From Desulfobacterales bacterium (lineage in GTDB: Bacteria; Desulfobacterota; Desulfobacteria; Desulfobacterales; UBA5852), in NCBI GenBank assembly GCA_963674755.2, contig CAXXVS010000003.1, positions 1,408,001 through 1,472,000 of the forward strand: a DNA stretch of 64,000 bases, given 5' to 3'. Below are positions 10,139 to 20,256 of the stretch, piece by piece (within the stretch, counting starts at the first letter, position 1; each line of letters opens with the position of its first letter). The translations under genes were made by a program, and so were the position numbers. The notes beneath the pieces were generated by a model that was given only the letters and a program-made list of their open reading frames with translations, was not told the DNA's origin and did no database searches.

Positions 10139-10261
10139 TTATAACCTCACCATTCACTGGATTCGCAGGGGCGGGCCGCCTTGGCTTTAGCAAATTTTGG
10201 TGTTGAGCCCTCTTTTGCGAAGTCCGTAGACCCTGCTCACCTGTGACGGTGGGCGTTAGCG
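10139..10261 (+). other. attC site (123 bp)
   Basis: R'' TTATAAC, GCAGGG/CCCTGC dyad, R' GTTAGCG just before the next ATG. Confidence 0.8.
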
Positions 10262-10268
10262 TGATACC

Positions 10269-10772
10269 ATGAAAAAAATTATAGTTATCGGAAATTCTGG
10301 TTCTGGAAAAACTTGGCTGGGGAAGAAATTGGCAACTATTTTAAGAATACCCCATATCGAATTAGATGGAATTTTCTGGGAGCCTGGTGGCTACAACAAG
10401 AAAAGGATGGGCGAGGAGGTTGAAGCAGACATAAAGAGAATTCAAGAGTCCAAGTGTTGGGTTGTAGAAGGAGTATTCGGACATCTTGTTGATAATTTTC
10501 TTTCTTTTGCCGATATTCTCATTCATCTCGATCTACCATGGGAGGAATGTGAAAAGAATCTTTTAATTCGAGGCTCAGAAAGCTCCAAGCAACTGGATCA
10601 TAAAAAAGCTGAGGAAAATTTTCAAGCACTTCTTGAATGGGCTTCAGAATACGACACACGGAATAGCAAAGCATCGAAAAACTATCACAGTTCGCTTTTT
10701 AACTGTTTTTCAGGAAAAAAACATCGGGTTTGCAATCGCGATGAAATTAATCAGTTGTTGAATAAGTGCTAA
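10269..10772 (+). CDS. Cassette: adenylate-kinase-like P-loop protein (FlaR/topology-modulation family)
   Basis: KIIVIGNSGSGKT..HIELDGIFWEPG..WVVEG..LIHLDLP. Confidence 0.85.
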   Translation: MKKIIVIGNSGSGKTWLGKKLATILRIPHIELDGIFWEPGGYNKKRMGEEVEADIKRIQESKCWVVEGVFGHLVDNFLSFADILIHLDLPWEECEKNLLIRGSESSKQLDHKKAEENFQALLEWASEYDTRNSKASKNYHSSLFNCFSGKKHRVCNRDEINQLLNKC

Positions 10773-10904
10773 CCACAAAATGCAGTCGATCCAAAAAGCC
10801 GAGCGCCTTTTTTCGCATTTTTATATGCCTTCATGAGTTCACATGGTTCACTATTTATCATCGTTTCATTCGGCTTTTTGGTTGTCTGATTTTGACCGTT
10901 ATAC
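10767..10904 (+). other. attC site (138 bp)
   Basis: R'' TGCTAAC overlapping the stop codon, CCAAAAAGCCGA/TCGGCTTTTTGG stem, R' GTTATAC. Confidence 0.85.
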
Positions 10905-10912
10905 CGAGGTAC

Positions 10913-11416
10913 ATGATGTGGATTTGGATCGTTCCTATTGTCCCGCTTCTGGTTTTATTAAAGTGGTGGCTTCGCAGGCCTATTCTACACCGAGCCGCCT
11001 CAGATGAGTTCGAGCGTTATATTGATGGCCTAAATATGCAGGGGGCCTCCACAAGCAAACTATTGATTGAGGATCCTACATGTAGCTATGGCCTTTGGAT
11101 TCTTATACATCGGATAAGAAATAGAAATCCAAGCTTATTTTTCGAAATACCAACGTTTCATTGGCCTCAAGAAACAACGGAATCTCTTAAAATAATGTGC
11201 GAAAAGTGGAACCTCGAATTTACTTCTAAACTGCAAAAGTCATCCAACTCTGAAAAATATTTCTCAGTCCGAATACCAAATGGCAGCCCAGTTCGCGCAG
11301 CGGAGTTAGCGAGAGTCGCTTTTCGTTCTGTTGGTGGATCAAATGATTCAATATATAGACTACGGTATGAAGGGAACCTTGATTTAGAAGCTATTAAAAA
11401 AGCTTATAAAAATTAG
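10913..11416 (+). CDS. Cassette: hypothetical membrane-anchored protein (attC missing)
   Basis: ATG just after R' with GAGG RBS; MMWIWIVPIVPLLVLLKWW anchor. Confidence 0.7.
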   Translation: MMWIWIVPIVPLLVLLKWWLRRPILHRAASDEFERYIDGLNMQGASTSKLLIEDPTCSYGLWILIHRIRNRNPSLFFEIPTFHWPQETTESLKIMCEKWNLEFTSKLQKSSNSEKYFSVRIPNGSPVRAAELARVAFRSVGGSNDSIYRLRYEGNLDLEAIKKAYKN

Positions 11417-11425
11417 GTGTCTGAA

Positions 11426-11489
11426 TGGGGTCAAGTCTGCCCATGACCCAATTAAATTTCAAGATGAGTCATGAGCAGACTTGACCCCA
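11426..11489. repeat. 64-bp palindromic REP/MITE-like element, copy 1
   Basis: TGGGGTCAAGTCTGCCCATGACCCA-14 nt-TGAGTCATGAGCAGACTTGACCCCA. Confidence 0.9.
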
Positions 11490-11574
11490 AGGACTGCACC
11501 TGATGCTAAATCGTCATATTTGCAGATAAAAGATATAAAATTAATGTCTTGTGACAGCAAAGCGGAATTGGTGA

Positions 11575-11643
11575 ATTGCGGCATATAGAACATTTTGTGT
11601 TCTATATGCCGCAATCGAAATGTTCTATAATACTATGTTCGCT
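11575..11643 (+). other. Perfect 18-bp inverted repeat followed by a second attI-like crossover (G/TTCGCT at 11637)
   Basis: ATTGCGGCATATAGAACA-TTTTG-TGTTCTATATGCCGCAAT; GTTCGCT complements R'' AGCGAAC at 12261. Confidence 0.6.
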
Positions 11644-11663
11644 TCAAGCAGAAAAGATATGCT

Positions 11664-12278
11664 ATGTCTGTCAAAATAGGAATCACCATTTTAATTGTTT
11701 GCACCGCAATTGGTGTTTGTTGGTTCACATATAAGAAATTTATTGCAAAAAAGGCAGGAATGATCGGAGTTGAAATCTATACTGTATGGGCTGCACAGGG
11801 CCCATTTGAAAATAGCGAAGATTCAGCAAAGGCCATGCGCCGTGCAATTATAGTTGTCCGAGGAAAGGATGCTCTGGAGGACAATAAATTCAATGAGGCT
11901 ATAATACGCCATGCAGATGCGTACAATTCTGATACACAGCGATGGGAAAGGTTACGTGTGAAATCCCTTTCTGTGAATAAGTCAAAGGATTTCGGTAAAT
12001 ATGTGGAAATGGTAAAGCAGATGGCTTCTAATGATATAGCATTATCTAATTTTGGTGAAAGATTAGCGAAAGATACATCGGCGGAGGGAAAAGAGTTACT
12101 TCGGTTTATAAAAGCATCTTATGAAAGCAGATTTAATAAAAAAATTGAAACAGTTGAGGAAGTCGGGGTAATTTACGCTCAAATATATTCTGAAAGTTTC
12201 GGGCATTCCGATGAGGAATTCTACAAACTGTTTCTTGATCTCAACTCAAAATGGAAAGAGAGCGAACAACGGCATTGA
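11664..12278 (+). CDS. Cassette: hypothetical membrane-anchored protein
   Basis: 204 aa, N-terminal TM helix, ends inside attC. Confidence 0.8.
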   Translation: MSVKIGITILIVCTAIGVCWFTYKKFIAKKAGMIGVEIYTVWAAQGPFENSEDSAKAMRRAIIVVRGKDALEDNKFNEAIIRHADAYNSDTQRWERLRVKSLSVNKSKDFGKYVEMVKQMASNDIALSNFGERLAKDTSAEGKELLRFIKASYESRFNKKIETVEEVGVIYAQIYSESFGHSDEEFYKLFLDLNSKWKESEQRH

Positions 12279-12323
12279 AAGGACGCGCAAAAAGCCGCGC
12301 GTCTCTCATGCCGGGCGTTCAAC
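12261..12323 (+). other. attC site (63 bp)
   Basis: R'' AGCGAAC, CGGCAT..GACGCGC/GCGCGTC..ATGCCG stem, R' GTTCAAC. Confidence 0.9.
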
Positions 12324-12917
12324 ATGATTAATTTGCATAAAACTGAAACAGACGATGCTAATTTCTTAAACCTTGTTTTAATGTTGGTAGAGTATCTATA
12401 TCAAAAATATGCTCCCAAAAATATTCATGCCATTCATATCGATAATTGGTTTGGTGATAAATGGCTTGGTTTCAGAGGAAAAATTTTAGGTGCTGCTGGT
12501 GTTAGAGATAAAGATTTTGATTCAAAATTAGTATTACCGCCATTTAATCCATCACGCGTATTAGACACAACAACCTATGATATTAAAAACAATATTGTGT
12601 CTGATATTCATAAAAGAGATCTTCATGTTTACCAGATAAGCGAAAATAATATCGACAATTATGCATATGGTTTTGGGCTATTTGTATGGTACAGCGCTAA
12701 AACAAAAATTAACTCTCAAGGCTCAATTATGATTCACTATAAGGAGAACCCCCTTAGAAAAATTTCAAATAGCGAAGATGGTTATATGCGCGTAAGGCCG
12801 AAATACGCTGCATTTTACATTATGCTTGAGAGAAAGACTAAGTGGGAATTATCTAAAATTATAGGTTCCGATCATGAAGATATTAAAGAGTTGCTCACAA
12901 ATTCGAATGGAAAATAA
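12324..12917 (+). CDS. Cassette: hypothetical protein
   Basis: 197 aa ORF between two attC sites; HIDNWFGDKWLGFRGKILGAAGV segment. Confidence 0.8.
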   Translation: MINLHKTETDDANFLNLVLMLVEYLYQKYAPKNIHAIHIDNWFGDKWLGFRGKILGAAGVRDKDFDSKLVLPPFNPSRVLDTTTYDIKNNIVSDIHKRDLHVYQISENNIDNYAYGFGLFVWYSAKTKINSQGSIMIHYKENPLRKISNSEDGYMRVRPKYAAFYIMLERKTKWELSKIIGSDHEDIKELLTNSNGK

Positions 12918-12918
12918 A

Positions 12919-12980
12919 ATATAACCTTCTGCTGGTTGGGATGCGCGAAAACCGCGCGCCCCACATCAAAGACGTTAGAT
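12919..12980 (+). other. attC site (62 bp)
   Basis: R'' ATATAAC, GCGCG/CGCGC stem, R' GTTAGAT. Confidence 0.85.
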
Positions 12981-12991
12981 AAATTTCTATA

Positions 12992-13543
12992 ATGGAACCA
13001 ATGGAAAAAGAGTTTAAATATCATAAATCATATATTTTGTTATTTTTGATAAGTGTACCGTTTCTTTATTTGATCGTTAATGGGTTCGTATACGAATTAC
13101 GATCTACAGGAAACTGGATGTACACAATTTTAACAATTTCCCTTTTATTATTTTTATCTATTTTATTAATTCGGCGGTGGTACCATTACCAAACAGTTGT
13201 CAAAACGACACCGGAAAAAATAATCATTCGTAAACCATTTAAATCTCAACAATTGAGATGGAACGATGTTTTTGAAGTTGGTAAATTCAAGAAATTAGGA
13301 TTCAAACGATATTATTGGTGTTTTTATATAAAAGGTCGAGAAATTGACGCTAAGAAAATTATTTTTGCCACTGAAGATATAAGGGAAATAAAATCACTAA
13401 TTGCACTCATCTTTCATAAAGCCCAAAATGCCAAATTTGTAGCTATTCAAAATGTACCACTTTTTATATTTTTGAACAAAAAAATAAAAACCAGTTGGGA
13501 TAAAAACGAAGATTTAGAACAATATGGACATGTTTTATATTAA
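12992..13543 (+). CDS. Cassette: hypothetical protein with two TM helices
   Basis: Follows R'; probable R'' TTCTAAC at 13594-13600 with the rest of the attC missing. Confidence 0.75.
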   Translation: MEPMEKEFKYHKSYILLFLISVPFLYLIVNGFVYELRSTGNWMYTILTISLLLFLSILLIRRWYHYQTVVKTTPEKIIIRKPFKSQQLRWNDVFEVGKFKKLGFKRYYWCFYIKGREIDAKKIIFATEDIREIKSLIALIFHKAQNAKFVAIQNVPLFIFLNKKIKTSWDKNEDLEQYGHVLY

Positions 13544-13636
13544 CCTTATTAGTGGCATCCATTCAGTTACAGCAAATTCGGTAAAAATTTTTTTTCTAAC
13601 CTGAAGCTGGAGATATCGACACACAAATGGGTCTAA

Positions 13637-13700
13637 TGGGGTCAAGTCTGCCCATGACCCAATTAAATTTCAAGATGAGTCATGGGCAGACTTGACCCCA
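13637..13700. repeat. 64-bp palindromic element, copy 2
   Basis: 25-bp arms with one mismatch; sits at the AT-rich to GC-rich switch. Confidence 0.9.
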
Positions 13701-13704
13701 AGGA

Positions 13705-14124
13705 TTGCACGACGTGGATCACTTCAAGCAATTCAATGACACCCATGGTCATGAAATGGGTGACCGGGTGCTCAAGGCCATCGGGGCGCTGCTGATGCGT
13801 GGCATCCGGGCGCAGGATGTGCCCTGTCGCTTCGGCGGCGAGGAGTTCGTCCTGATCCTGCCGGGGGCGTCCCTGGAAGATACATGCCGAAAGGCTGATG
13901 AATTGCGGGAGCAGGTGCGCGATACGGCATTGGACCGAACCCCGGGTCCGGGCCTGACCGTGACGATCAGCGCCGGTGTGGCCGCCTATCCCCAGAGCGG
14001 CGGCCAGGCCGATCATATTCTGGCGGCGGCCGATACGGCCCTTTACCAGGCGAAGGCCCAGGGCCGGGATCGGGTGGTGGTGGCCGGAACGTTCAATAAC
14101 ACGGGCACTGATCCGCAATCGTGA
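13705..14124 (+). pseudogene. Diguanylate cyclase (GGDEF) C-terminal fragment
   Basis: DVDHFKQFNDTHGH..GD..RFGGEEF..ADTALYQAKAQGRD; begins right after the repeat, N-terminus absent. Confidence 0.85.
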
Positions 14125-14460
14125 GAAGGTCTTCTCTCATCTGTAGAGCCCCGGCAGAACAGATATCCGTTCATGGATCGGAAGCATTTCTGATAGCCGC
14201 CCTAAATGATGGGAAGGGGGCATTTGACAGCGTCGATTCCGGGCTCACCTTATAGAACCGATCAGGAGGGCTTCAATCAGCAGGTGGTTTATATCCACTA
14301 TAATCCGAATAGAAGCATCTCAACATCCTGATTTTGGGATGGCGTCGAAACACGGCAATGGGCAGCGCGTTTCAGACGGGCCGCAGCTGCCTTTTCCATC
14401 GATCTGTCGGGTTGGCAGGGATTGGCGACATAAGGCATTCCGGGGAATTGGCGACTCGGG

Positions 14461-16446
14461 GTGGGGAAGATTCGAATGATGCGCTTCCTTCGTCAGCACA
14501 TTCTATGGACTGCTTCCAGGCCCTTCAACCCGCTCACGTTAGCTTTCACCCACCAGTGGGCAGGTCTGGAAGCGGAATTTCGGGACTACAATTTTAAGGA
14601 ATCCCTGGTCCGCGTCCGCATTGCCATTTCGGTGGCCCTTTTTTTTTACGGCATTTTCGGCATCCTGGATTATGTCATGGTGCCGGATAAAAAGGCGATT
14701 TTCTGGACCATCCGCTACCTTGTCGTTATCCCGCTGGCGCTGGGCGTGCTGGCCTTCTCATTCCGCCCGCAATTCAAATCGTATGCCCAGCCCCTTTTAT
14801 TTATCATGTGCCTGACCGGCGGCCTGGGCATCGTGCTGATGGTCATCCTGGCGGGCCCGCCCGCTACCTATTCCTATTATGCCGGCATTATCCTTATTTT
14901 CATCACCATCCACACCTTTTTGAACATGCGGCTCCTTTGGGCAAGCGCCTGCTCCTGGACTATAGTGGCCGTCTATGAAATAGCGGCCCTCGGGGTCATG
15001 GACACCCCTTTCATCATCCTGGTCAACAACAACTTTTTTTTCATCTCCGCCGTGGCCATCTGCATGCTGGCCGGGTATACCATGGAGCTCAACGCCCGCT
15101 ACCGGTTCCTGTCCGCCCATATGCTGGCGCTGGAAAAGGACAAGGTCGTCCAGGCCAATAAAACCCTGGATCAGCGGGTCCGGGAGAGGACCCGCGCCCT
15201 GTCCGAAGCCAACCGCCGCCTCAAGGAGGAAATGGCTGAACGGATGAAAACCCAGGCCCGCCAGCTCAAACTTGAAAAGGAGCTGAGCAGGCAACGGAAA
15301 ATGGAAGCCATCGGCACGCTTGCCGGCGGGATCGCCCATGACTTCAATAACATTCTTTCCGCCATCATCGGGTATACGGAACTGGCCATGGAGGATGACG
15401 ATCCTAAAGAACGCCGCGGTGACCAGGACGAAGTCCTGAAAGCGGCACGGAGGGCCAAGGCGCTCATCGCCCAGATTCGGACCTTCAGCCGCCAGAGCGA
15501 ACAGGAGGCCGGTCCCATTAAGCTCGGACCGGTAGTGGAAGAGGCCTTGAAGCTGCTCAAAGTCTCCATTCCATCCAGTGTGATGATCCTCAGCCGCCTG
15601 GCGTCAAAGCGCCGGGTCATCGCCGATTCCACCCAGATCCACCGCATCATGGTCAACCTGTGCACCAATGCGGTCCAAGCCATGGACCATCAGCGCGGTA
15701 CCTTGGAAATCGTACTGGAAGATATTGAATTGGATGCCCTGTTCGAAACGAACAAGGAAGGGCTTGATCCCGGTCCCTATGTCAAACTGAGCATCAGCGA
15801 CACCGGCCGGGGCATGACCGAGGAAGTCCGGGAAAAGATCTTCGATCCCTTTTTTACCACCAAAGCCGTAGACGAGGGAACCGGCATGGGACTTTCCGTG
15901 GTTCACGGCATTGTGAAGCAGTACCGGGGATCCATCAGGGTATACAGCGAGCCGGAAAAAGGCACCACCTTTAACATTCTTTTCCCCGCCACCCCAATTG
16001 AAGAAGGAAAAGCCCCCCAGCCGGCCAGCCCGATTACCGGGGGGAATGAGTCCATCGTGGTGCTGGATGATGAACCCACCCTGGCCCGCATGTTGGACGT
16101 ATCCCTGTCGGCGCTGGGGTACCGGGTAGCCGCCTTCTCCGATGCCGACCAGGCTTTGGCATACGTTAAATCGAACGGCCGAAGCATCGACCTTGTGCTA
16201 ACGGACTATTCCATGCCCAAAATGAACGGCATTGAATTCGCGGAACAGATCCTCTCCCTGACCCGTGGCTGCCCGGTGATTCTATGCACCGGCTACAGTG
16301 AAAATGTCACCCGGGAGAAAATGAACCCTGCCAATATCCGGGGATTTTTAATGAAACCCTTGATACGGCACAGTTTGGCAACCACTGTCCGGCGGGTCTT
16401 GGATCAGGATGAAACAGGGGGGCATGATATCGTGTCCGACCAATGA
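14461..16446 (+). CDS. Membrane hybrid sensor histidine kinase (HisKA-HATPase-REC)
   Basis: ~6 TM helices; [34 protein letters not shown]; receiver LTDYSMP. Confidence 0.93.
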   Translation: MGKIRMMRFLRQHILWTASRPFNPLTLAFTHQWAGLEAEFRDYNFKESLVRVRIAISVALFFYGIFGILDYVMVPDKKAIFWTIRYLVVIPLALGVLAFSFRPQFKSYAQPLLFIMCLTGGLGIVLMVILAGPPATYSYYAGIILIFITIHTFLNMRLLWASACSWTIVAVYEIAALGVMDTPFIILVNNNFFFISAVAICMLAGYTMELNARYRFLSAHMLALEKDKVVQANKTLDQRVRERTRALSEANRRLKEEMAERMKTQARQLKLEKELSRQRKMEAIGTLAGGIAHDFNNILSAIIGYTELAMEDDDPKERRGDQDEVLKAARRAKALIAQIRTFSRQSEQEAGPIKLGPVVEEALKLLKVSIPSSVMILSRLASKRRVIADSTQIHRIMVNLCTNAVQAMDHQRGTLEIVLEDIELDALFETNKEGLDPGPYVKLSISDTGRGMTEEVREKIFDPFFTTKAVDEGTGMGLSVVHGIVKQYRGSIRVYSEPEKGTTFNILFPATPIEEGKAPQPASPITGGNESIVVLDDEPTLARMLDVSLSALGYRVAAFSDADQALAYVKSNGRSIDLVLTDYSMPKMNGIEFAEQILSLTRGCPVILCTGYSENVTREKMNPANIRGFLMKPLIRHSLATTVRRVLDQDETGGHDIVSDQ

Positions 16447-16531
16447 GGGTAGGCATTTCAAAAAAGTTTTTCGCCCGATTGAAAGGCTTTCAATCACAAC
16501 GATTGCAATATATGCGGCCAAAGAGGACAGA

Positions 16532-17398
16532 ATGAAATTAGAATCCATTAGCATCAAACGTTCAAGCATGCTTACGGAAAAGTGGGTACAAAATCAGATC
16601 GCGGAGGATCCTTCAATCCTTGGGCTTGGCGATCTCGTACTCAAGGACAAAGAGCGCATTCAACAAAATGCAGGCCGTCTTGATCTTCTCTTGCAGGATC
16701 CAGAAACCTTAAAACGCTATGAAGTTGAAATTCAGCTGGGCGCAACTGACGAAAGCCATATTATCCGGACCATAGAATACTGGGATATAGAGCGTAAACG
16801 ATATCCTCAGTATGAGCACGCAGCTGTTATAATTGCAGAGGATATAACATCACGTTTTTTAAACGTGATACAATTGTTTAATGGCACTATTCCACTAATT
16901 GCTATGAAAATGACCGCTTATAAGATCGGCGACGAGTATGCGTTGACGTTCGTAAAGGTTCTCGATGAAATGATTCTTGGACTGGTGGATGACGATGAGC
17001 CGGTGGCTGAACCAACGGACCGAGCATTTTGGGAGACGAAACGCGGAACAAAGAAAACTTTGCAGGTGACGGATTCGTTGTTGACGCTCGTAAAAGAGAT
17101 CGAACCACGGGCAGCATTGAAATACAATAAGCATTATATCGGTATAGAAGTGGAAGGCACAGCTCGAAACTTTGTAAGCTTTATGCCGCGCAAGGCCCAT
17201 GTAATTATGACTATTAAGCTTCCAAAGACAGGCGAAACAGATGAAGTTTTGGAAGAATCAGGTTTAGAGACACTCAGCTACGAAACTCAGTGGCGGCAAT
17301 ACAGACTCAGAATAGATTCCGCAATAGATGAAAAACAAAAAGAGACAATACTCGGACTCGTTAAGCAGGCAATTGATACTTTCGGCAAGAGCGCATAA
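16532..17398 (+). CDS. NucS/PD-(D/E)xK-like nuclease domain protein with DUF5655-like C-terminus
   Basis: TEKWVQNQI..GRLDLLL..YEVEIQLG..HIIRTIEY; start at ATG 16532 after GAGG. Confidence 0.65.
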   Translation: MKLESISIKRSSMLTEKWVQNQIAEDPSILGLGDLVLKDKERIQQNAGRLDLLLQDPETLKRYEVEIQLGATDESHIIRTIEYWDIERKRYPQYEHAAVIIAEDITSRFLNVIQLFNGTIPLIAMKMTAYKIGDEYALTFVKVLDEMILGLVDDDEPVAEPTDRAFWETKRGTKKTLQVTDSLLTLVKEIEPRAALKYNKHYIGIEVEGTARNFVSFMPRKAHVIMTIKLPKTGETDEVLEESGLETLSYETQWRQYRLRIDSAIDEKQKETILGLVKQAIDTFGKSA

Positions 17399-17555
17399 AC
17401 CCAATGAGATGATAACGGGATGATGGCGATATGATCTTCACAATTCTATAATAAGCTAAATGCCAAAGGCAATCCGTCGCTTCTGGATTAATCGCTAACC
17501 CCCCAGACAAAGAGTTCGTGATGAAAATCAATATAAGAAATGGACAGGAGGAGGC

Positions 17556-17831
17556 GTGATGAACGGACCGCAAGGGCCATTTTGTCAGAGCTGCGCCATG
17601 CCGATGGCGAAACCGGAAATCTTCGGGACCGAGGCGGACGGGTCGCAATCCGAAGCATACTGTACGTATTGTTTCCAGAACGGTTGTTTCACAGCTCCTG
17701 ATATCTCCATGCAGGAGATGATCGACAAGTGTGTGACGATCATGAAGCAACGAAACATTATGCCGGAAGATCAGGCGCGGGAGCTGATGACAAAAACCAT
17801 TCCATCGCTCCAACGGTGGAAAACCGTTTAA
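17556..17831 (+). CDS. Small zinc-ribbon protein
   Basis: FCQSCAMPM..GTEADGS..YCTYCFQNGCFT; strong RBS. Confidence 0.85.
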   Translation: MMNGPQGPFCQSCAMPMAKPEIFGTEADGSQSEAYCTYCFQNGCFTAPDISMQEMIDKCVTIMKQRNIMPEDQARELMTKTIPSLQRWKTV

Positions 17832-18165
17832 TCAAACGACGCCATGTTGCATGGGGAAGCTAATTTTTATTCTGCTGCGTGCCATTTGTGTTTTTCAACC
17901 TAATCGCCATGTCTACAACATATTGAGGGATAAATCGGGCACGAGGATTTCCTGGAAATCATTCGTCAATTTCATGCATCGCGTAAAATCATCGCATCGA
18001 TTTGCGTCGGCGCCTTACCGCTCGGGAAAAGCGGCATTTTGCAAAACAGAAAGGCCACGACATACCACCTCTCGGACGGGAAAAAAACGCCAATGGGTTT
18101 TTTGTAAGAGCCGGGCGAAGAACGCATTGCGAAGTGCAATGGACGTCACCCGGCATCTCCTCTGA

Positions 18166-20187
18166 TTAATCGCCGAAGGCCTTTTCCACCACGTCTTCCA
18201 CCAATCCCTCGTCAGGCAGGTACGGCAGGGTAATGTGGTCGGAGCTGTTGGCATTGTGCTCGATAGCGGTCTGGATTGAATTTTCGTTGCGGGCCCAGGC
18301 CCGCCGGGCCACACCGCCCATCACATCCCAGGTCATGGCCGAACGGATGATGGCATCCGTTTCCGGCCGCCCGTCGAGCACCAGACCGAACCCGCCGTTG
18401 ATTGCCCGGCCGATCCCCACGCCGCCGCCGTTGTGCAGGGTGACCAGGGTCATTCCCCGGGCGGCATTGCCGGCAAAGCATTGGGTGGCCATATCGGCCA
18501 TTACGTTGCTGCCGTCTTTGATATTGGCCGTTTCACGGAAGGGAGAGTCGGTGCCGCCGGTGTCGTGATGGTCCCGTCCGAGCATCACCGGGCCTATTTT
18601 GCCCTCGCGAACCAATTGGTTGAAACGCAAGGCGATCTTTACTCGTCCCTGGGCGTCCTGATACAAAATCCGGGCCTGGGTTCCGACCACCATCCGGTGC
18701 TTTTCCGCATCCCGGATCCAGATGTAATTGTCCCGGTCCTGGGAACGACGATCCGGATCGATGCATGCCATGGCGGCCTGGTCGGTCCGCATCAGATCCT
18801 CGTGGCGCCCGCTCAGGCAGACCCAGCGGAAGGGCCCGTAGCCGAAGTCGAAAATCTGGGGGCCCATGATGTCTTCCACGTAGGAGGGGAAGATAAAGCC
18901 GTCTTTTTCATCGACCCCGTTGCGGGATATTTCCGAGACGCCGGCATCGTAGACCGCTTTCATAAAGGAATTGCCGTAGTCGAAAAAATAGACCCCGCGT
19001 TCGACAAGCGTCTTGATCAGCTCAAACTGGCGTCTGAGGCTCTGATCGATCAAGGCTGCGAAGCGCTGACGATCTTCTTTAAGCATCCGGGTGCGCTCGG
19101 CGAAATCGATTCCCTGGGGGCAGTAGCCGCCACTGTAGGGAACATGGCAGGACGTTTGGTCCGAGAGCAGATCCACGTGGATTTTCTTTGCCACGATATA
19201 TTCGAGCAGGTCGACGATATTGCCGGCATAGGCAATGGAAACCGGCTTTCTGGCTTGCAAATAGTCATTGGCGATCCGAAATACTTCCTCCAGATCCCCG
19301 GACATCTTGCTCACCCATCCCTGGTTGTGGCGGGTTTTAATCCGGGATTCGTCCACCTCGGCAATGATACCCACGGCACCGGCGATTTCCACCGCCTTGC
19401 CCTGGGCGCCGCTCATCCCCCCCAGGCCGGAGGAGACGAACAGCCGGCCGGCCAGGTCCTCGTCGGCGGGTACGCCAAGCTCCAGGCGCCCGGCACTGAG
19501 GATCGTGTTGTAGGTGCCGTGCACAATTCCCTGGGGCCCGATATACATCCATCCGCCGGCGGTCATTTGCCCATAGTTGGCCACCCCCATTTGCTCGGCG
19601 ATTTCCCAGTCTTGCGGATTGTCAAACATGCCGATCATCAGGGCGTTGGTTAAAATCACTCGCGGGCTGTCCGGTTTGGAACGGAAGAGTCCCACCGGGT
19701 GGCCGGACTCCAGCACCAGGGTTTGATCCTCAGTCATCATCTCGAGATACTTCTTGATCAGGCGGTACTGCATCCAGTTCTGGCACACGCTGCCGGTTTC
19801 ACCATAGGTCACCAGCTCATAGGGATAAAGGGCCACATCAAAATCCAGATTGTTATCGATCTGGACCTGCAGGGCTTTTCCGGCTAGGCACTTGCCCTTG
19901 TACGTATCGATGGGGCGCCCCTGAATAGGGCCGGCCGGCCGAAAGCGGTAGCCGTAAATCCGACCCCGGGTACGCAGTTCCTCCATAAATTCCGGCGCCA
20001 GGCGGGCGTGGTGGGATTCGGGTATGTAGCGCAACGCATTCTTCAGCGCGATCTGGGTCTGCGCTTTGGTCAGCCGGAACCCGCGGTCCGGCGCCCGGCG
20101 GATCCCCTCGACGAACGCCGGCAGTTCCGGCAATTCTTCATCCATCTTAATGGTCATGGCATTAGAAATGATCTTGTTGTCCAACAT
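18166..20187 (-). CDS. hutU: Urocanate hydratase (long ~670-aa type)
   Basis: NNLDFDVALYPYELVTYG, YGQMTAGGWMYIGPQGIVHGT, GLGGMSGAQ, SDQTSCH, FDYGN, GRDHHD, HNGGGVG. Confidence 0.95.
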   Translation of the reverse strand: MLDNKIISNAMTIKMDEELPELPAFVEGIRRAPDRGFRLTKAQTQIALKNALRYIPESHHARLAPEFMEELRTRGRIYGYRFRPAGPIQGRPIDTYKGKCLAGKALQVQIDNNLDFDVALYPYELVTYGETGSVCQNWMQYRLIKKYLEMMTEDQTLVLESGHPVGLFRSKPDSPRVILTNALMIGMFDNPQDWEIAEQMGVANYGQMTAGGWMYIGPQGIVHGTYNTILSAGRLELGVPADEDLAGRLFVSSGLGGMSGAQGKAVEIAGAVGIIAEVDESRIKTRHNQGWVSKMSGDLEEVFRIANDYLQARKPVSIAYAGNIVDLLEYIVAKKIHVDLLSDQTSCHVPYSGGYCPQGIDFAERTRMLKEDRQRFAALIDQSLRRQFELIKTLVERGVYFFDYGNSFMKAVYDAGVSEISRNGVDEKDGFIFPSYVEDIMGPQIFDFGYGPFRWVCLSGRHEDLMRTDQAAMACIDPDRRSQDRDNYIWIRDAEKHRMVVGTQARILYQDAQGRVKIALRFNQLVREGKIGPVMLGRDHHDTGGTDSPFRETANIKDGSNVMADMATQCFAGNAARGMTLVTLHNGGGVGIGRAINGGFGLVLDGRPETDAIIRSAMTWDVMGGVARRAWARNENSIQTAIEHNANSSDHITLPYLPDEGLVEDVVEKAFGD

Positions 20188-20256
20188 GGTTCGTTCCCTC
20201 TCCCGTATTTCCTTTAACCCTATGATTCCGGCACCGGCTGTCGGCCGGGCCGTGTC

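Larger units (their letters stand above)
1377..13600 (+). mobile_element. Degenerate integron with same-orientation cassette array
   Basis: intI remnant, attI-like site, six attC sites plus one truncated, AT-rich co-oriented ORFs. Confidence 0.85.

Noticed and set aside
10766..10912. N-terminal extension of the 216-aa ORF
   Set aside because: It reads through an attC site; ATG 10913 with an RBS is the better start
18166..20187. Thiourocanate hydratase / ergothioneine pathway
   Set aside because: Canonical long-type HutU motifs and no ergothionase-like lyase in the window
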